In this document: piece after piece, positions 9,714 to 19,704 of the stretch | How the letters are laid out: each line of letters starts with the position of its first letter | How positions within the stretch are numbered: position 1 is the first letter of the stretch | Source: an uncultured Rikenellaceae bacterium | Lineage (GTDB): Bacteria; Bacteroidota; Bacteroidia; Bacteroidales; Rikenellaceae | Direction of reading: 5' to 3' | DNA length: 44,034 nucleotides | Assembly (NCBI GenBank): GCA_964369935.1 | Contig: CAYJHM010000001.1 | Location: forward strand, 1-44,034 | The notes under the pieces: generated by a model | Seen by the model: the letters and a program-made list of their open reading frames with translations, nothing else | Told to the model about the DNA's origin: nothing | Databases searched by the model: none | Program-made: the position numbers and the translations under genes

Positions 9714-11780
9714 ATGCAAACTAAAGGTAAAATTGGAGTAACAACGGAGAATATTTTTCCGATTATTAAGAAATTTTTATATTCAGAACACGATATATTT
9801 ATTCGTGAGTTAGTGTCGAATGCAGTTGATGCAACACAGAAGTTAAAAACCTTAGCATCGATAGGTGAGGCAAAGGGCGAATTGGGTGATTTATCTATTA
9901 AGGTAGCGGTTAATCCCGAAAATAATACGCTTACAATCACAGATAGGGGTATAGGTATGAGCGCCGAGGAGGTAGAGAAGTATATCAACCAGATAGCTTT
10001 TTCAGGTGCCGAAGAGTTTTTAAATAAATACAAAGATCAAAATGCTATTATTGGTCACTTCGGGCTAGGTTTTTACTCGTCGTTTATGGTGGCTAGTAAT
10101 GTAGAGATAGAGACTCTATCTTACCGTGAGGGTGCTAAGGGTGTGAAGTGGAGTTGCGACGGTTCGCCTGAGTACACACTGCAAGAGGTAGAGCTAAATG
10201 ATAGGGGTACCAAGATTACTCTATATTTGGATAGCGAGAGTACCGAGTTTGCTTCGAAAGAGAGAGTACGCACTCTATTAGAGAGATATTGTAGATTCTT
10301 ACCCGTACCAATTATCTTTGGTAAAGAGCAGGAGTGGAAAGATGGGGGCTACGTTGATACCGATAAAGATTTTGTTGTTAATGATACTAACCCATTATGG
10401 AGCCGTCAGCCTTCGGAGATAGAGGAGGGTGAGTATAAGGAGTTTTATAGTAAGCTCTACCCAATGAGCGAAGAGCCGCTATTTCATATTCATCTGAATG
10501 TTGATTATCCTTTTAACTTAACAGGTATTTTGTATTTCCCTAAGGTGAAGAGTAATTTCGAGTATCAACGAAATAAGATTCAGCTATACTCTAATCAGGT
10601 GTTTGTTACCGATTCGGTTGAGGGGATAGTACCCGAGTTTTTAACTCTTCTGCATGGTGTGATTGATTCGCCAGATATTCCTCTTAATGTGTCGCGTAGT
10701 TATCTTCAGGGTGATCCTAATGTACGTAAGATATCTAGTCACATAACAAAAAAGGTGGCTGATAGGCTTCAACAACTGTTCGACGAGGAGCGTGAGAATT
10801 TCGAGTCTAAGTGGAATGATATGAAGATATTTGTGCAGTATGGTGTAGTATCCGAAGAGAAGTTTGCTGATAGGGCAGAGGGTTTTGTTCTACTAATGAA
10901 CGAGAGTGGTAAATATTTTACTATTTCAGAGTATACTGATAGTGTGAAAGAACAACAGACAGACAAGAATAATAATATTATATTCTTATATAGCAACGAC
11001 CAAGAGGCGCAGCACTCGTATGTTGAGGGGGCTAAATCTAAGGGATATGATGTGCTACTTCTTACTTCGCCGCTAGAGACACATTTTATTAGTTGGGTTG
11101 AGCATAAACACGAAAATATTAAATTTGTTCGTGTGGATTCGGATGTGGTAGAGAACTTAATCCAAAAAGAGCAGGAGATGAGTATTATGTTATCAAGCGA
11201 GCAGCAAGAGACTCTTCGTCCTGTTTTCGAGAGTGCATTGCCAATTAATGATAAGGTTCACTATTCAGTTTCGTTTGCTCCGATGAGCGAAAACGATGCT
11301 CCGATTGCAATTACTCAAAACGAATTTATGCGTCGTATGCGTGATATGGCAGCAGTTGGTGGAAGTAATTCACCATATTCGTTCTATGGCGAGATGCCTG
11401 CTAGTTATAGTGTAGCAATTAATGGTAATCATCCAATTGTGGTAGATATTTTAAATAGTACCGAACAGGAGGTGGGCGATAAATTAAAGAGCCTAAATAC
11501 CAAAATCGAGGGTTTAACCACGCAGCAAGAGTCGCTTAACGAGGTAATCAAAGATAAGAGTGAGGAGCAGTTAGATGATACCGAGCGAACAATGCGCGAC
11601 GAGTTATCAAATAAGATTAATAACTCGAAACAAGAACGTAACGAGCTACTACGTGAGGCGGGAGCAAAAAATAGTATGGTTGGCCAGTTAATCGACCTAG
11701 CTCTCCTATCTAACGGAATGCTTAAAGGCGAAGGTTTAACTAATTTCATTAAACGAAGTGTAGAGCTTATCTCTAAATAA
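9714..11780 (+). CDS. htpG: Molecular chaperone HtpG (Hsp90)
   Basis: 688 aa with an N-terminal GHKL signature (FLYSEHDIFIRELVSNAVDA, ITDRGIGMS, IGHFGLGFYSSFMVA). Length is as expected for this family in Bacteroidota. Confidence 0.97.
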   Translation: MQTKGKIGVTTENIFPIIKKFLYSEHDIFIRELVSNAVDATQKLKTLASIGEAKGELGDLSIKVAVNPENNTLTITDRGIGMSAEEVEKYINQIAFSGAEEFLNKYKDQNAIIGHFGLGFYSSFMVASNVEIETLSYREGAKGVKWSCDGSPEYTLQEVELNDRGTKITLYLDSESTEFASKERVRTLLERYCRFLPVPIIFGKEQEWKDGGYVDTDKDFVVNDTNPLWSRQPSEIEEGEYKEFYSKLYPMSEEPLFHIHLNVDYPFNLTGILYFPKVKSNFEYQRNKIQLYSNQVFVTDSVEGIVPEFLTLLHGVIDSPDIPLNVSRSYLQGDPNVRKISSHITKKVADRLQQLFDEERENFESKWNDMKIFVQYGVVSEEKFADRAEGFVLLMNESGKYFTISEYTDSVKEQQTDKNNNIIFLYSNDQEAQHSYVEGAKSKGYDVLLLTSPLETHFISWVEHKHENIKFVRVDSDVVENLIQKEQEMSIMLSSEQQETLRPVFESALPINDKVHYSVSFAPMSENDAPIAITQNEFMRRMRDMAAVGGSNSPYSFYGEMPASYSVAINGNHPIVVDILNSTEQEVGDKLKSLNTKIEGLTTQQESLNEVIKDKSEEQLDDTERTMRDELSNKINNSKQERNELLREAGAKNSMVGQLIDLALLSNGMLKGEGLTNFIKRSVELISK

Positions 11781-11804
11781 GCTTTTTAAAAAAAATCATA
11801 ATTT

Positions 11805-11840
11805 ATCACCTTCACGGTAAGTGGAGGTGATTTTTTTTTT
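11805..11840 (+). terminator. Intrinsic terminator of htpG
   Basis: ATCACCTTCAC (11805-15) pairs with GTGGAGGTGAT (11821-31), including one G-T pair, around loop ggtaa. A run of 10 T follows. Confidence 0.75.
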
Positions 11841-11884
11841 GCTTACATATATGTCCAGGTGTAGGATTTTTGCTATTTAAGTTA

Positions 11885-11892
11885 TATCTTTG
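11885..11892 (+). promoter_or_regulatory. Candidate -7 promoter box TATCTTTG for yaaA
   Basis: Exact TAnnTTTG match 21 nt upstream of the ATG at 11913. Confidence 0.5.
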
Positions 11893-11912
11893 TATTGTTA
11901 AATAAATAAAAT

Positions 11913-12674
11913 ATGATAGCATTAATTTCTCCAGCTAAAACTATGAGAGCGGGTGGTAAAGGTAATACAAAAGGCGTTAGCGAACCTCGCTTTATTGAAC
12001 AAACAAACCATATCGTTTCGCAGATGGTTAGTTATTCCTCTGCCGAGATTCAAGAAATATTTAAAATTAGCGCGCAAATGGCCGCAGAACTATGTGGGCG
12101 ATTCGATAATTTTTACGATGAAGATTCCAACTTCATAGCTGCTGTTGATAGCTATGACGGGGTTGTTTATAAGCATTTTAAGGGCAATTCTCCTCTTAGT
12201 GTAAAACATCGCAACTATCTTCAAAAACATCTGCGTATCAGTTCGCTGTTATATGGACTTTTACGCCCCTTAGATAACATTAAACCATATAGAATGGAGG
12301 GTTTTGTGCGTCTAGCAGGGAGTGACGAACGAATAGATAAGTATTGGCGAAATATTCAAACAGATACCTTGATAGATGATGTAAATCAGGCTGGTGGTGT
12401 GTTGATTTACTTAGCCTCGAAAGAGGAGCAGAGTGCGTTTAATTGGAGTAAGGTAAAAAAAAGCGTCAGGGTAATCGACATTAAATTTTTGGAGGAGAAA
12501 GGTGGCAAACTTCGTCAAGTTGTGATATATACCAAGATGGCACGAGGCGAGATGATTCGCTATATGATGGAGGGCGGAATAACCAATCATGAGGAGCTTA
12601 AAAAGTTTGAGTGGAACGGTTATCAGTTTAGTTCAGAGCTCTCGGATGGTGATAATTGGGTGTGGAGGTTATGA
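11913..12674 (+). CDS. yaaA: Peroxide stress protein YaaA (UPF0246/DUF328)
   Basis: 253 aa. The N-terminus MIALISPAKTM and the overall length match the YaaA family. Confidence 0.88.
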   Translation: MIALISPAKTMRAGGKGNTKGVSEPRFIEQTNHIVSQMVSYSSAEIQEIFKISAQMAAELCGRFDNFYDEDSNFIAAVDSYDGVVYKHFKGNSPLSVKHRNYLQKHLRISSLLYGLLRPLDNIKPYRMEGFVRLAGSDERIDKYWRNIQTDTLIDDVNQAGGVLIYLASKEEQSAFNWSKVKKSVRVIDIKFLEEKGGKLRQVVIYTKMARGEMIRYMMEGGITNHEELKKFEWNGYQFSSELSDGDNWVWRL

Positions 12675-12733
12675 TATTCTGAGATTTGAAGCTCTTTTAT
12701 TGTTGTGCTATTGTGCAACTGAAATATTATCAC

Positions 12734-12767
12734 TATATTTGTAGGATATTTTTTGACGATAATTTTG
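12734..12767 (+). promoter_or_regulatory. Two candidate -7 boxes (TATATTTG at 12734-41, TAATTTTG at 12760-67) upstream of the YfhO-like gene
   Basis: Both are exact TAnnTTTG matches within the 103-nt spacer before the ATG at 12778. Confidence 0.4.
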
Positions 12768-12777
12768 TGTAAATGTT

Positions 12778-15186
12778 ATGGATAAATTAAAAAAGTTCTA
12801 CCCATATATTGTTGCGTTACTGCTTTTTATAGTGATACCAATGATATATTTTGCTCCTCAATATGCGGGCAAGGATATTCGTAAATTTGACAACGTGCAC
12901 GCCAAGGGAATGACTCAGCCAGTTATTGATCATCAAGAGGAGTACGGCGAGCATCCCTATTGGGTTGCCAATATGTTTGGGGGTATGCCCTCGTATGCTA
13001 TCCATAACGAAAAGACATTCGACATAATTAAAAGCACAGGGAAAGGGCTCTTTTTTATAGGCGAACCAGCTTCATACTACTTTGTATTGATGGCAGGGTT
13101 CTTTTTTATGCTTTTACTCTTTGGGGTTAATCCTTGGATTGCAATAGGGGGGGCAATAGCTTATGCCTTCTCAACCTATTTTGTTGTTATATACGAAGCA
13201 GGGCACATAATGAAGCTAGTGGCCTTGTGCTATGTTGCTCCTATGGTAGGTGCGCTATTTTACACTTATCGTCGTTCGTTTTGGATTGGAGCACCGCTAT
13301 TCGGGGTTTTTGCGCTGCTGCTTATCTCCGCTGTTCACCCTCAGATTGCTTACTACTTTGTTATAGCGATGTTAATAATGGTGATTGCCTATGCAATTCA
13401 AGCATATAAGCAACAAACACTTAAACATTTTTTTAAATGTTCGGCTGCTCTGCTTGTAACTTCATTTTTTGCTATTGGGGCAAACTCGTTATACCTATAT
13501 TACACTCAAAGTTATTCGGAAGATTCAACTAGGGGCAAACAAATATTAACCACTCAAGATGGAATACCTCAAAGTTCGGGGCTTGATAAAGATTATATCA
13601 CTTCGTGGAGTTACGGTAAAATGGAGAGTTTTAATATGTTTATACCAAACTTAACTGGAGGTAAAAGTAACGGAGGATTTGCCAATGATGGTGATGTTGC
13701 ACACTCGCTTTCGAAATATGTATCTAAAGGCGAGGCCGAGAGAATCGCATCTCAGCTGCCAGGATACTGGGGGCCTCAACCAATGACCTCTGGTCCTGTA
13801 TATATTGGCGCAGTGATGATATTCCTATTTGTATTAGGTTTGTTTATCATAAAGGGTGTAAATCTGTGGTGGATAGTGGGTGCCACATCATTATCTTTAC
13901 TGTTGGCTTGGGGTAAAAATTTCATGCCTTTAACAGATCTATTTATCAACTATTTCCCTCTATACGATAAGTTCCGTACCGTATCGATGATACTTGTTGT
14001 AGTTGAATTAACTGTGCCTCTGATGGCTATGCTCGCCCTAAATAAGGTGTTTAACTCGGAGATAGATAAAGAGCAACTTAAGAAGGCATTAACACGTACC
14101 CTATATATTGTTGGCGGCGTAGCGCTGTTATTCCTAGTTTTAGGTGGTAGTCTGTTATCATTCTCTTCGCCTACGGATGCTCAGATGGGTCTACCTCAGG
14201 ATGTTATATCGGCAATGGAGGCAGAGCGAGGCTCGATGCTTAGGGCTGATGCTGTTCGCTCTTTTGTGTTCGTTTTCTTAACTTATATTCTACTATGGGC
14301 GTGGATAGGTGGACGTATAAAGGAGTGGGTAGTAATATCGGGTATGGTAATTTTAGTTTCGCTTGATATGATTCCAATAGCTGTTAGGCATGTAAATTAC
14401 GATATGTTTGAGGCATCAAAGGGCGATGCTGATGATACTCCTATGACTAATATTGATAGAGAGATTCTTAAAGATAAAGATATCAATTACAGGGTTGCTA
14501 ATCTGTCTGTTTCAACCTTTAACGATGCTACAACTTCGCTTTATCACCGTTCGATAGGTGGCTATTTTGCTGCTAAACCTAGAAGGTATCAAGATATTAT
14601 TGATAGATACCTATCTAAGATGGATAACTCGGTATATAATATGCTTAATGCCAAATACTTTATTGTGCCAAATAGGGATAAAGTACCTGAACTACACACA
14701 AACCACGCAGCATTTGGTAATGCTTGGATAGCTAGCAGTGTAGAGGTGGTTGATTCGCCTAATCGTGAGATAGAGGCTATTGGCGAGGTTGATCTATCAA
14801 CAACCGCTATTGTTGCCTCAGAGTTCGAAGATATGTTATCTAGTGCAGTGCTAGATAAGAGTATTAACGATGAAATAACTCATACTAGTTATAAAGCTAA
14901 TAGGCTTGTATATAAGAGTAAATTAAACGATAATCGATTAATTGTCTTCTCTGAAATGTACTATCCTAAGGGGTGGAAAGCATATATTGATGGCAAAGAG
15001 GTTCCATACCTTAGGGCTAACTATATTCTTAATGCTCTGGTTGTCCCTGCTGGCGAGCACACTATAGTATTCGAATTTAAGCCTCCTCATATAGCGGCTA
15101 TTCGTACGGTATCTGTTGTCTCGTCGCTTATGTTACTGCTTATGCTAGTAGGTGGATTTATTCTAAATAATAGATGTAAAAATTAG
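12778..15186 (+). CDS. YfhO-family polytopic membrane protein (putative GT-C-like glycosyltransferase)
   Basis: 802 aa with more than 10 predicted TM helices. The N-terminal pattern (YFAPQYAGKDIRKFDNVHAKGM...ANMFGGMPSYAI) is as I recall for Bacteroidota YfhO-like proteins, followed by a soluble C-terminal domain and a final TM helix. Confidence 0.65.
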   Translation: MDKLKKFYPYIVALLLFIVIPMIYFAPQYAGKDIRKFDNVHAKGMTQPVIDHQEEYGEHPYWVANMFGGMPSYAIHNEKTFDIIKSTGKGLFFIGEPASYYFVLMAGFFFMLLLFGVNPWIAIGGAIAYAFSTYFVVIYEAGHIMKLVALCYVAPMVGALFYTYRRSFWIGAPLFGVFALLLISAVHPQIAYYFVIAMLIMVIAYAIQAYKQQTLKHFFKCSAALLVTSFFAIGANSLYLYYTQSYSEDSTRGKQILTTQDGIPQSSGLDKDYITSWSYGKMESFNMFIPNLTGGKSNGGFANDGDVAHSLSKYVSKGEAERIASQLPGYWGPQPMTSGPVYIGAVMIFLFVLGLFIIKGVNLWWIVGATSLSLLLAWGKNFMPLTDLFINYFPLYDKFRTVSMILVVVELTVPLMAMLALNKVFNSEIDKEQLKKALTRTLYIVGGVALLFLVLGGSLLSFSSPTDAQMGLPQDVISAMEAERGSMLRADAVRSFVFVFLTYILLWAWIGGRIKEWVVISGMVILVSLDMIPIAVRHVNYDMFEASKGDADDTPMTNIDREILKDKDINYRVANLSVSTFNDATTSLYHRSIGGYFAAKPRRYQDIIDRYLSKMDNSVYNMLNAKYFIVPNRDKVPELHTNHAAFGNAWIASSVEVVDSPNREIEAIGEVDLSTTAIVASEFEDMLSSAVLDKSINDEITHTSYKANRLVYKSKLNDNRLIVFSEMYYPKGWKAYIDGKEVPYLRANYILNALVVPAGEHTIVFEFKPPHIAAIRTVSVVSSLMLLLMLVGGFILNNRCKN

Positions 15187-15189
15187 GTT

Positions 15190-16062
15190 ATGGCAGATTC
15201 ATTAACAACGAAACGTCGTTCAGCATATACGCTCTCTACGGTTAGTGTTACACTTGTGCTTTTTGTTATTGGTGCACTTCTCTATCTTGGGGTGAATAGT
15301 GCTAAGGTATCATCTACAATAACCGATAATGTAAGGGTGGTAGTTATTCTTGACAGTAAGGCTGATAGTAAAGATGCTGAGTCTATTACGCAAAAGGCAA
15401 AAGAGAGTGATGTTATCTCGCGGAGTGAGTATGTCACTGCCGAAGATGCAGCACGCGAGTTCAATACATTCATAGGCGAGGATTTAGAGGTTAAATTGGG
15501 AACTAACCCTCTCCCTTCGTCGGTTAATTTGTATATCAAGAAGAGTATCGAACCTAAAGAGGGTGCTGCAAAGATTAGGGCAGCCTTAAAGGGCGATAAG
15601 ATGGTTGATGAGATACTTTTTAGCGAGTCGTTAATGGAGAGTGTTACAACCAACCTTAATAATTTTAAACTTGTGCTAGCGGTATTTATGTTGGCTCTTA
15701 TGTTTATCTCGGTAATAATGATAAATAACACTATTCGAATGGCAATTTTCTCGAAAAGGTTCTTAATAAAGAGTATGTTGCTTATTGGTGCAACACGAGG
15801 ATTTATTCGTAGGCCATTTGTTAGTAAAGCGATTTTACAGGCTTTTGTTTCAACTTTTTTTGCCACACTTATGTTGACAGTTATGGTTGTAGGGCTAAAG
15901 CGTTCGCTGCCCGAAATCGAGTTGGTGTTCGAAAATTATCAATTACTAATGTTTATACCAATAACTCTATTTATTGTGGGGTTACTAGTTTGTCTCTCAT
16001 CAACAATTAGGGCGGTAAATAGGTATATGCGACTTCGTGATGATCAATTACACATATATTAA
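15190..16062 (+). CDS. ftsX: Cell division protein FtsX-like permease
   Basis: 290 aa with an N-terminal TM helix, a ~110-aa extracytoplasmic domain and three C-terminal TM helices, which is the FtsX topology. No ftsE is adjacent, as is common in Bacteroidota. Confidence 0.78.
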   Translation: MADSLTTKRRSAYTLSTVSVTLVLFVIGALLYLGVNSAKVSSTITDNVRVVVILDSKADSKDAESITQKAKESDVISRSEYVTAEDAAREFNTFIGEDLEVKLGTNPLPSSVNLYIKKSIEPKEGAAKIRAALKGDKMVDEILFSESLMESVTTNLNNFKLVLAVFMLALMFISVIMINNTIRMAIFSKRFLIKSMLLIGATRGFIRRPFVSKAILQAFVSTFFATLMLTVMVVGLKRSLPEIELVFENYQLLMFIPITLFIVGLLVCLSSTIRAVNRYMRLRDDQLHIY

Positions 16063-16080
16063 TATATAAATTTCTTAGAT

Positions 16081-16314
16081 ATGAGTGATAATAAAAATAA
16101 GATGCCATTAGGCATTAAGAATTATAAATATATGCTTGTTAGCCTAGCCTTGGTGATTATAGGGTTTGCCCTAATGACAGGTGGAGCAAGCGATAATCCC
16201 AACGAGTATAATGCCGAAGAGCTATTTAGTTTTCGCCGTATAACCCTATCGGTTATATTCGTGTTAGCAGGGCTTGGAGGGATGATTTACGGTATAATGA
16301 AACGAAGCGAATAA
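16081..16314 (+). CDS. DUF3098-family small membrane protein
   Basis: 77 aa with two TM helices and KNYKYMLVSLALVIIGFALMTGG. Its conserved position is directly after ftsX. Confidence 0.7.
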   Translation: MSDNKNKMPLGIKNYKYMLVSLALVIIGFALMTGGASDNPNEYNAEELFSFRRITLSVIFVLAGLGGMIYGIMKRSE

Positions 16315-17018
16315 TGTTTGATAATAGTTACGATTTTCCATCTGGATTGGTTATTCCAGTAGATAAACCTTACGAGTGGAGTTCAGCCGATGTGGTACGC
16401 AAAATTAAAGGGGCACTGCGGAAGTTGGGCTATCCTAAAATTAAGATTGGACATGCTGGTACTCTCGACCCTCTCGCTACGGGTGTTTTGTTAGTGTGCG
16501 TTGGGCGTGCTACCAAGCAGGCAGAGATGCTTCAAGCAGAGGCTAAAGAGTATATCACAACAATCGAATTAGGTGCTACAACAGTCAGTTATGATATGGA
16601 GCACCCGATTAGTGAACGCTACCCGTTTGAACATATTACAGAAGAGGCTGTTCTAGGGGTTCTAAATCAATTTTTAGGCGAGCAGGAGCAGATTCCGCCA
16701 CTATTCTCGGCTAAATTAGTTAACGGAGTACGTGCTTATGAGTATGCAAGAAAGGGCGAAGAGGTGGAGTTACGTCGTAATCGTATCACCATTTACGAGA
16801 TGGAGTTATTAGATTTCTCGTTACCGTATGTAACTATTCGTATGCGATGTTCGAAGGGTACTTATGTGCGCTCTATCGCACGTGATTTAGGCCTTATGCT
16901 TAACAGCGGTGGTTACTTAACATCTCTTCAACGTTCGGTTAGTGGAGAGTATCGAGTAGAGAACTCTATGTCGGTTGAGCAGGTTATTAATATACTATCC
17001 AAACAAGAAGAGAGATAA
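16314..17018 (+). CDS. truB: tRNA pseudouridine(55) synthase
   Basis: 234 aa with the catalytic motif GHAGTLDPLATGVLLVCVGRATK. Its start overlaps the previous stop (TAATG). Confidence 0.95.
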   Translation: MFDNSYDFPSGLVIPVDKPYEWSSADVVRKIKGALRKLGYPKIKIGHAGTLDPLATGVLLVCVGRATKQAEMLQAEAKEYITTIELGATTVSYDMEHPISERYPFEHITEEAVLGVLNQFLGEQEQIPPLFSAKLVNGVRAYEYARKGEEVELRRNRITIYEMELLDFSLPYVTIRMRCSKGTYVRSIARDLGLMLNSGGYLTSLQRSVSGEYRVENSMSVEQVINILSKQEER

Positions 17019-17029
17019 AATTGTTGTAG

Positions 17030-18490
17030 ATGATAAAACTAAACCAAATATTAGAGTCCTTATCGCCTATCGAGGTTGTTAATCGCACAGATATGGAGAT
17101 ATTTTCTATCGCATTTGATTCGCGAATGGTGAAATGCGGCTCTCTGTTTGTTGCACTCAATGGAACACAAATCGACGGTCATAACTTTATTGAAAAGGCT
17201 GTCGAACAGGGTGCTATTGCTATTGTTTGCGAGCAACTACCCACTGTTTGTGCTCAAAAAGTGTGTTATATTGTAGTTGAGAGTAGCACAAGGGCGTTAG
17301 CTATTGCCGCAAGCCTATTTTATGGCAAGCCATCAGAAAGTTTTAAGGTTATAGGGGTTACAGGTACAAATGGGAAGACCACCGTAGCAACACTTCTATA
17401 TAATTTGTTTACTATGTTGGGGTACAAGGTAGGGCTTATATCTACTGTACGTTATATGGTGGCTGATAGGGAGATACAGTCTACTCACACCACTCCCGAT
17501 GTTCTTACCCTTAATGCACTATTTGCACAGATGCGAGACGAGGGTTGTGACTACTGTTTTATGGAGGTGAGCTCGCATAGTGTGGTTCAAGATAGGGTGT
17601 GGGGCGTTGATTTTGATGGTGCACTATTTACCAATATAACACACGATCACTTAGATTATCATCAAACTTTTGCGAATTATATAAAGGCAAAAAAGTGTCT
17701 GTTTGATAATCTTAAAAAGGGTGCTTTTGCACTGTATAATTCCGACGATAAGAATGGAAGTGTGATGGTTCAAAATTGTGGTGCTTCGATATATTCGTTT
17801 GGGCTTCGTTCGTTTGCCGACTATAAGTGTACAGTTTTAGAGCAGCTATTTGAGGGTACTCTATTAGATATAAATTCGATGGAGGTGTGGAGTAGGTTGA
17901 TAGGCCGATTTAATGCCTATAATATGGTTGCTGTATATGCTGTTGCAAAGCAATTAGAGGTTGATACCGAAGAGTTACTGTGCGCATTATCTGCGCTCTC
18001 AACCGTAGAGGGGCGTTTCGATTATCTTACCTCTACTAATGGTGTTACGGCAATTGTGGATTATGCCCATACACCCGATGCGCTAGATAATATTATATCA
18101 ACCGTAGGCGAGATAAAAGGAGCACAACAACGTTTAATAACGGTAGTTGGCTGCGGTGGAGACAGAGATCGCACAAAGAGGCCACAGATGGCTCGTATAG
18201 CTGTTTTAGGTTCTGATTTAACAATATTAACTTCCGATAATCCTCGTACCGAGTCGCCTGACTCTATTCTTAACGATATGGTTGGGGGGGTGAAAGATAA
18301 TCACGAGCTAACAACTAAGTATATTGTTATTAGCGATAGGGCACAAGCTATAAAAATGGCGATAATGAGTGCCAATAGTGGCGATATTGTTCTTGTAGCA
18401 GGTAAGGGGCACGAAACCTATCAAGAGATTAATGGGGTTAAGTATCATTTTAGTGATAAAGAGCAGATAAAAAATATTTTTAATATATAA
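17030..18490 (+). CDS. murE: UDP-N-acetylmuramoyl-L-alanyl-D-glutamate--2,6-diaminopimelate ligase
   Basis: 486 aa with a P-loop (GVTGTNGKTT), the DNPR motif (TSDNPRTE) that indicates meso-DAP specificity, and the Mur ligase C-terminal domain. Confidence 0.95.
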   Translation: MIKLNQILESLSPIEVVNRTDMEIFSIAFDSRMVKCGSLFVALNGTQIDGHNFIEKAVEQGAIAIVCEQLPTVCAQKVCYIVVESSTRALAIAASLFYGKPSESFKVIGVTGTNGKTTVATLLYNLFTMLGYKVGLISTVRYMVADREIQSTHTTPDVLTLNALFAQMRDEGCDYCFMEVSSHSVVQDRVWGVDFDGALFTNITHDHLDYHQTFANYIKAKKCLFDNLKKGAFALYNSDDKNGSVMVQNCGASIYSFGLRSFADYKCTVLEQLFEGTLLDINSMEVWSRLIGRFNAYNMVAVYAVAKQLEVDTEELLCALSALSTVEGRFDYLTSTNGVTAIVDYAHTPDALDNIISTVGEIKGAQQRLITVVGCGGDRDRTKRPQMARIAVLGSDLTILTSDNPRTESPDSILNDMVGGVKDNHELTTKYIVISDRAQAIKMAIMSANSGDIVLVAGKGHETYQEINGVKYHFSDKEQIKNIFNI

Positions 18491-18495
18491 TATAT

Positions 18496-19701
18496 ATGAT
18501 TTACCATTTATTTGAATTTTTAGCCGAAAGGTTCGATATAGAGCTACTTAGAAGTTTTGGCAATATCTCTATAAGGGCCGTTTTATCGGTTATTCTTTCG
18601 CTCATTATTGCTGTTGTGTTTGGTGCTAGAATAATTAAGGCATTAAGAGCAAGGCAGATAGGCGAAGATATACGCAATTTGGGCTTAGAGGGGCAGATGG
18701 AGAAACGCAATACCCCCACTATGGGTGGATTGATAATTATTCTATCGTTTTTAGTCCCAGTTTTGCTGTTCGCCAATTTGCAAAACATCTATATTATTTT
18801 AATGCTGGTGGCTACTATATGGATAGCTATAATTGGTTTTACCGACGACTACATTAAAGTATTCAAAAAACGCAAAGAGGGTCTTAGCGGAAAGTATAAA
18901 TTGCTTGGGCAAATGATTCTCGGTTTGATAATAGGGGTAACTATGTGGTCGCATCAGGATATTGTGGTGCGTGAAACAGTTCCTAATACAGCTACTCATG
19001 GTCAGAGTATTCAGAAGGCTAGCGATGTGAAAGCTACACTTACAACGCTCCCTTTTGTTAAAGATAATGTAATTGATTACAAGAAAATATTACCAATACG
19101 AGGTGATAATCAAGAGCGTGGAGGATGGATACTATATGTGATAATTGCCACTCTAGTTATTGCAGCTGTATCTAATGGTGCGAACCTCACCGACGGGCTC
19201 GATGGGCTTGCAGCAGGTACTTCGGCTATTGTGACAACTATTCTGATAATTTTTGCCTACCTTTCGGGTAACGCTATCTATTCGGATTATCTAAATATAA
19301 TGTTTATACCAGGCAGTGGTGAGCTAGTAATTTTCGGAACTGCTTTTGTGGGTGCGCTGATAGGTTTTATATGGTACAACTGTTTTCCTGCGCAAATATT
19401 TATGGGCGATACGGGTAGTTTAACTATCGGGGGAGTTATAGCGGTGTTCGCTCTGCTTATCCGTAAAGAGTTGCTGTTACCAATCTTGTGTGCAATATTT
19501 TTTATTGAATCGTTATCTGTGCTTATTCAGGTATTCTATTTTAAATATACTAAAAAACGTTTTGGCGAGGGTCGGAGGGTCTTTTTAATGGCGCCTTTAC
19601 ATCATCACTACCAGAAATTAGGTTTTTCAGAGATGAAGATAGTTATGCGTTTTTGTATTATTCAGTTAATTTTTGCTGCCTTTGCAGTGATAATGCTTTA
19701 G
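18496..19701 (+). CDS. mraY: Phospho-N-acetylmuramoyl-pentapeptide transferase
   Basis: 401 aa with NGANLTDGLDGLA, FMGDTGSL and APLHHHYQ. It is polytopic. Confidence 0.97.
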   Translation: MIYHLFEFLAERFDIELLRSFGNISIRAVLSVILSLIIAVVFGARIIKALRARQIGEDIRNLGLEGQMEKRNTPTMGGLIIILSFLVPVLLFANLQNIYIILMLVATIWIAIIGFTDDYIKVFKKRKEGLSGKYKLLGQMILGLIIGVTMWSHQDIVVRETVPNTATHGQSIQKASDVKATLTTLPFVKDNVIDYKKILPIRGDNQERGGWILYVIIATLVIAAVSNGANLTDGLDGLAAGTSAIVTTILIIFAYLSGNAIYSDYLNIMFIPGSGELVIFGTAFVGALIGFIWYNCFPAQIFMGDTGSLTIGGVIAVFALLIRKELLLPILCAIFFIESLSVLIQVFYFKYTKKRFGEGRRVFLMAPLHHHYQKLGFSEMKIVMRFCIIQLIFAAFAVIML

Positions 19702-19704
19702 TTT

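Noticed and set aside
9695-10033. A 112-aa minus-strand ORF overlapping the htpG start.
   Set aside because: It is antisense to the highly conserved HtpG N-terminal ATPase domain and has no motifs. It would have to be transcribed into the htpG promoter region.
15282-15866. A 194-aa minus-strand ORF antisense to ftsX.
   Set aside because: It lies entirely within a well-supported plus-strand gene, has an Ile/Leu/Ser-rich composition with no motifs, and has no promoter context.
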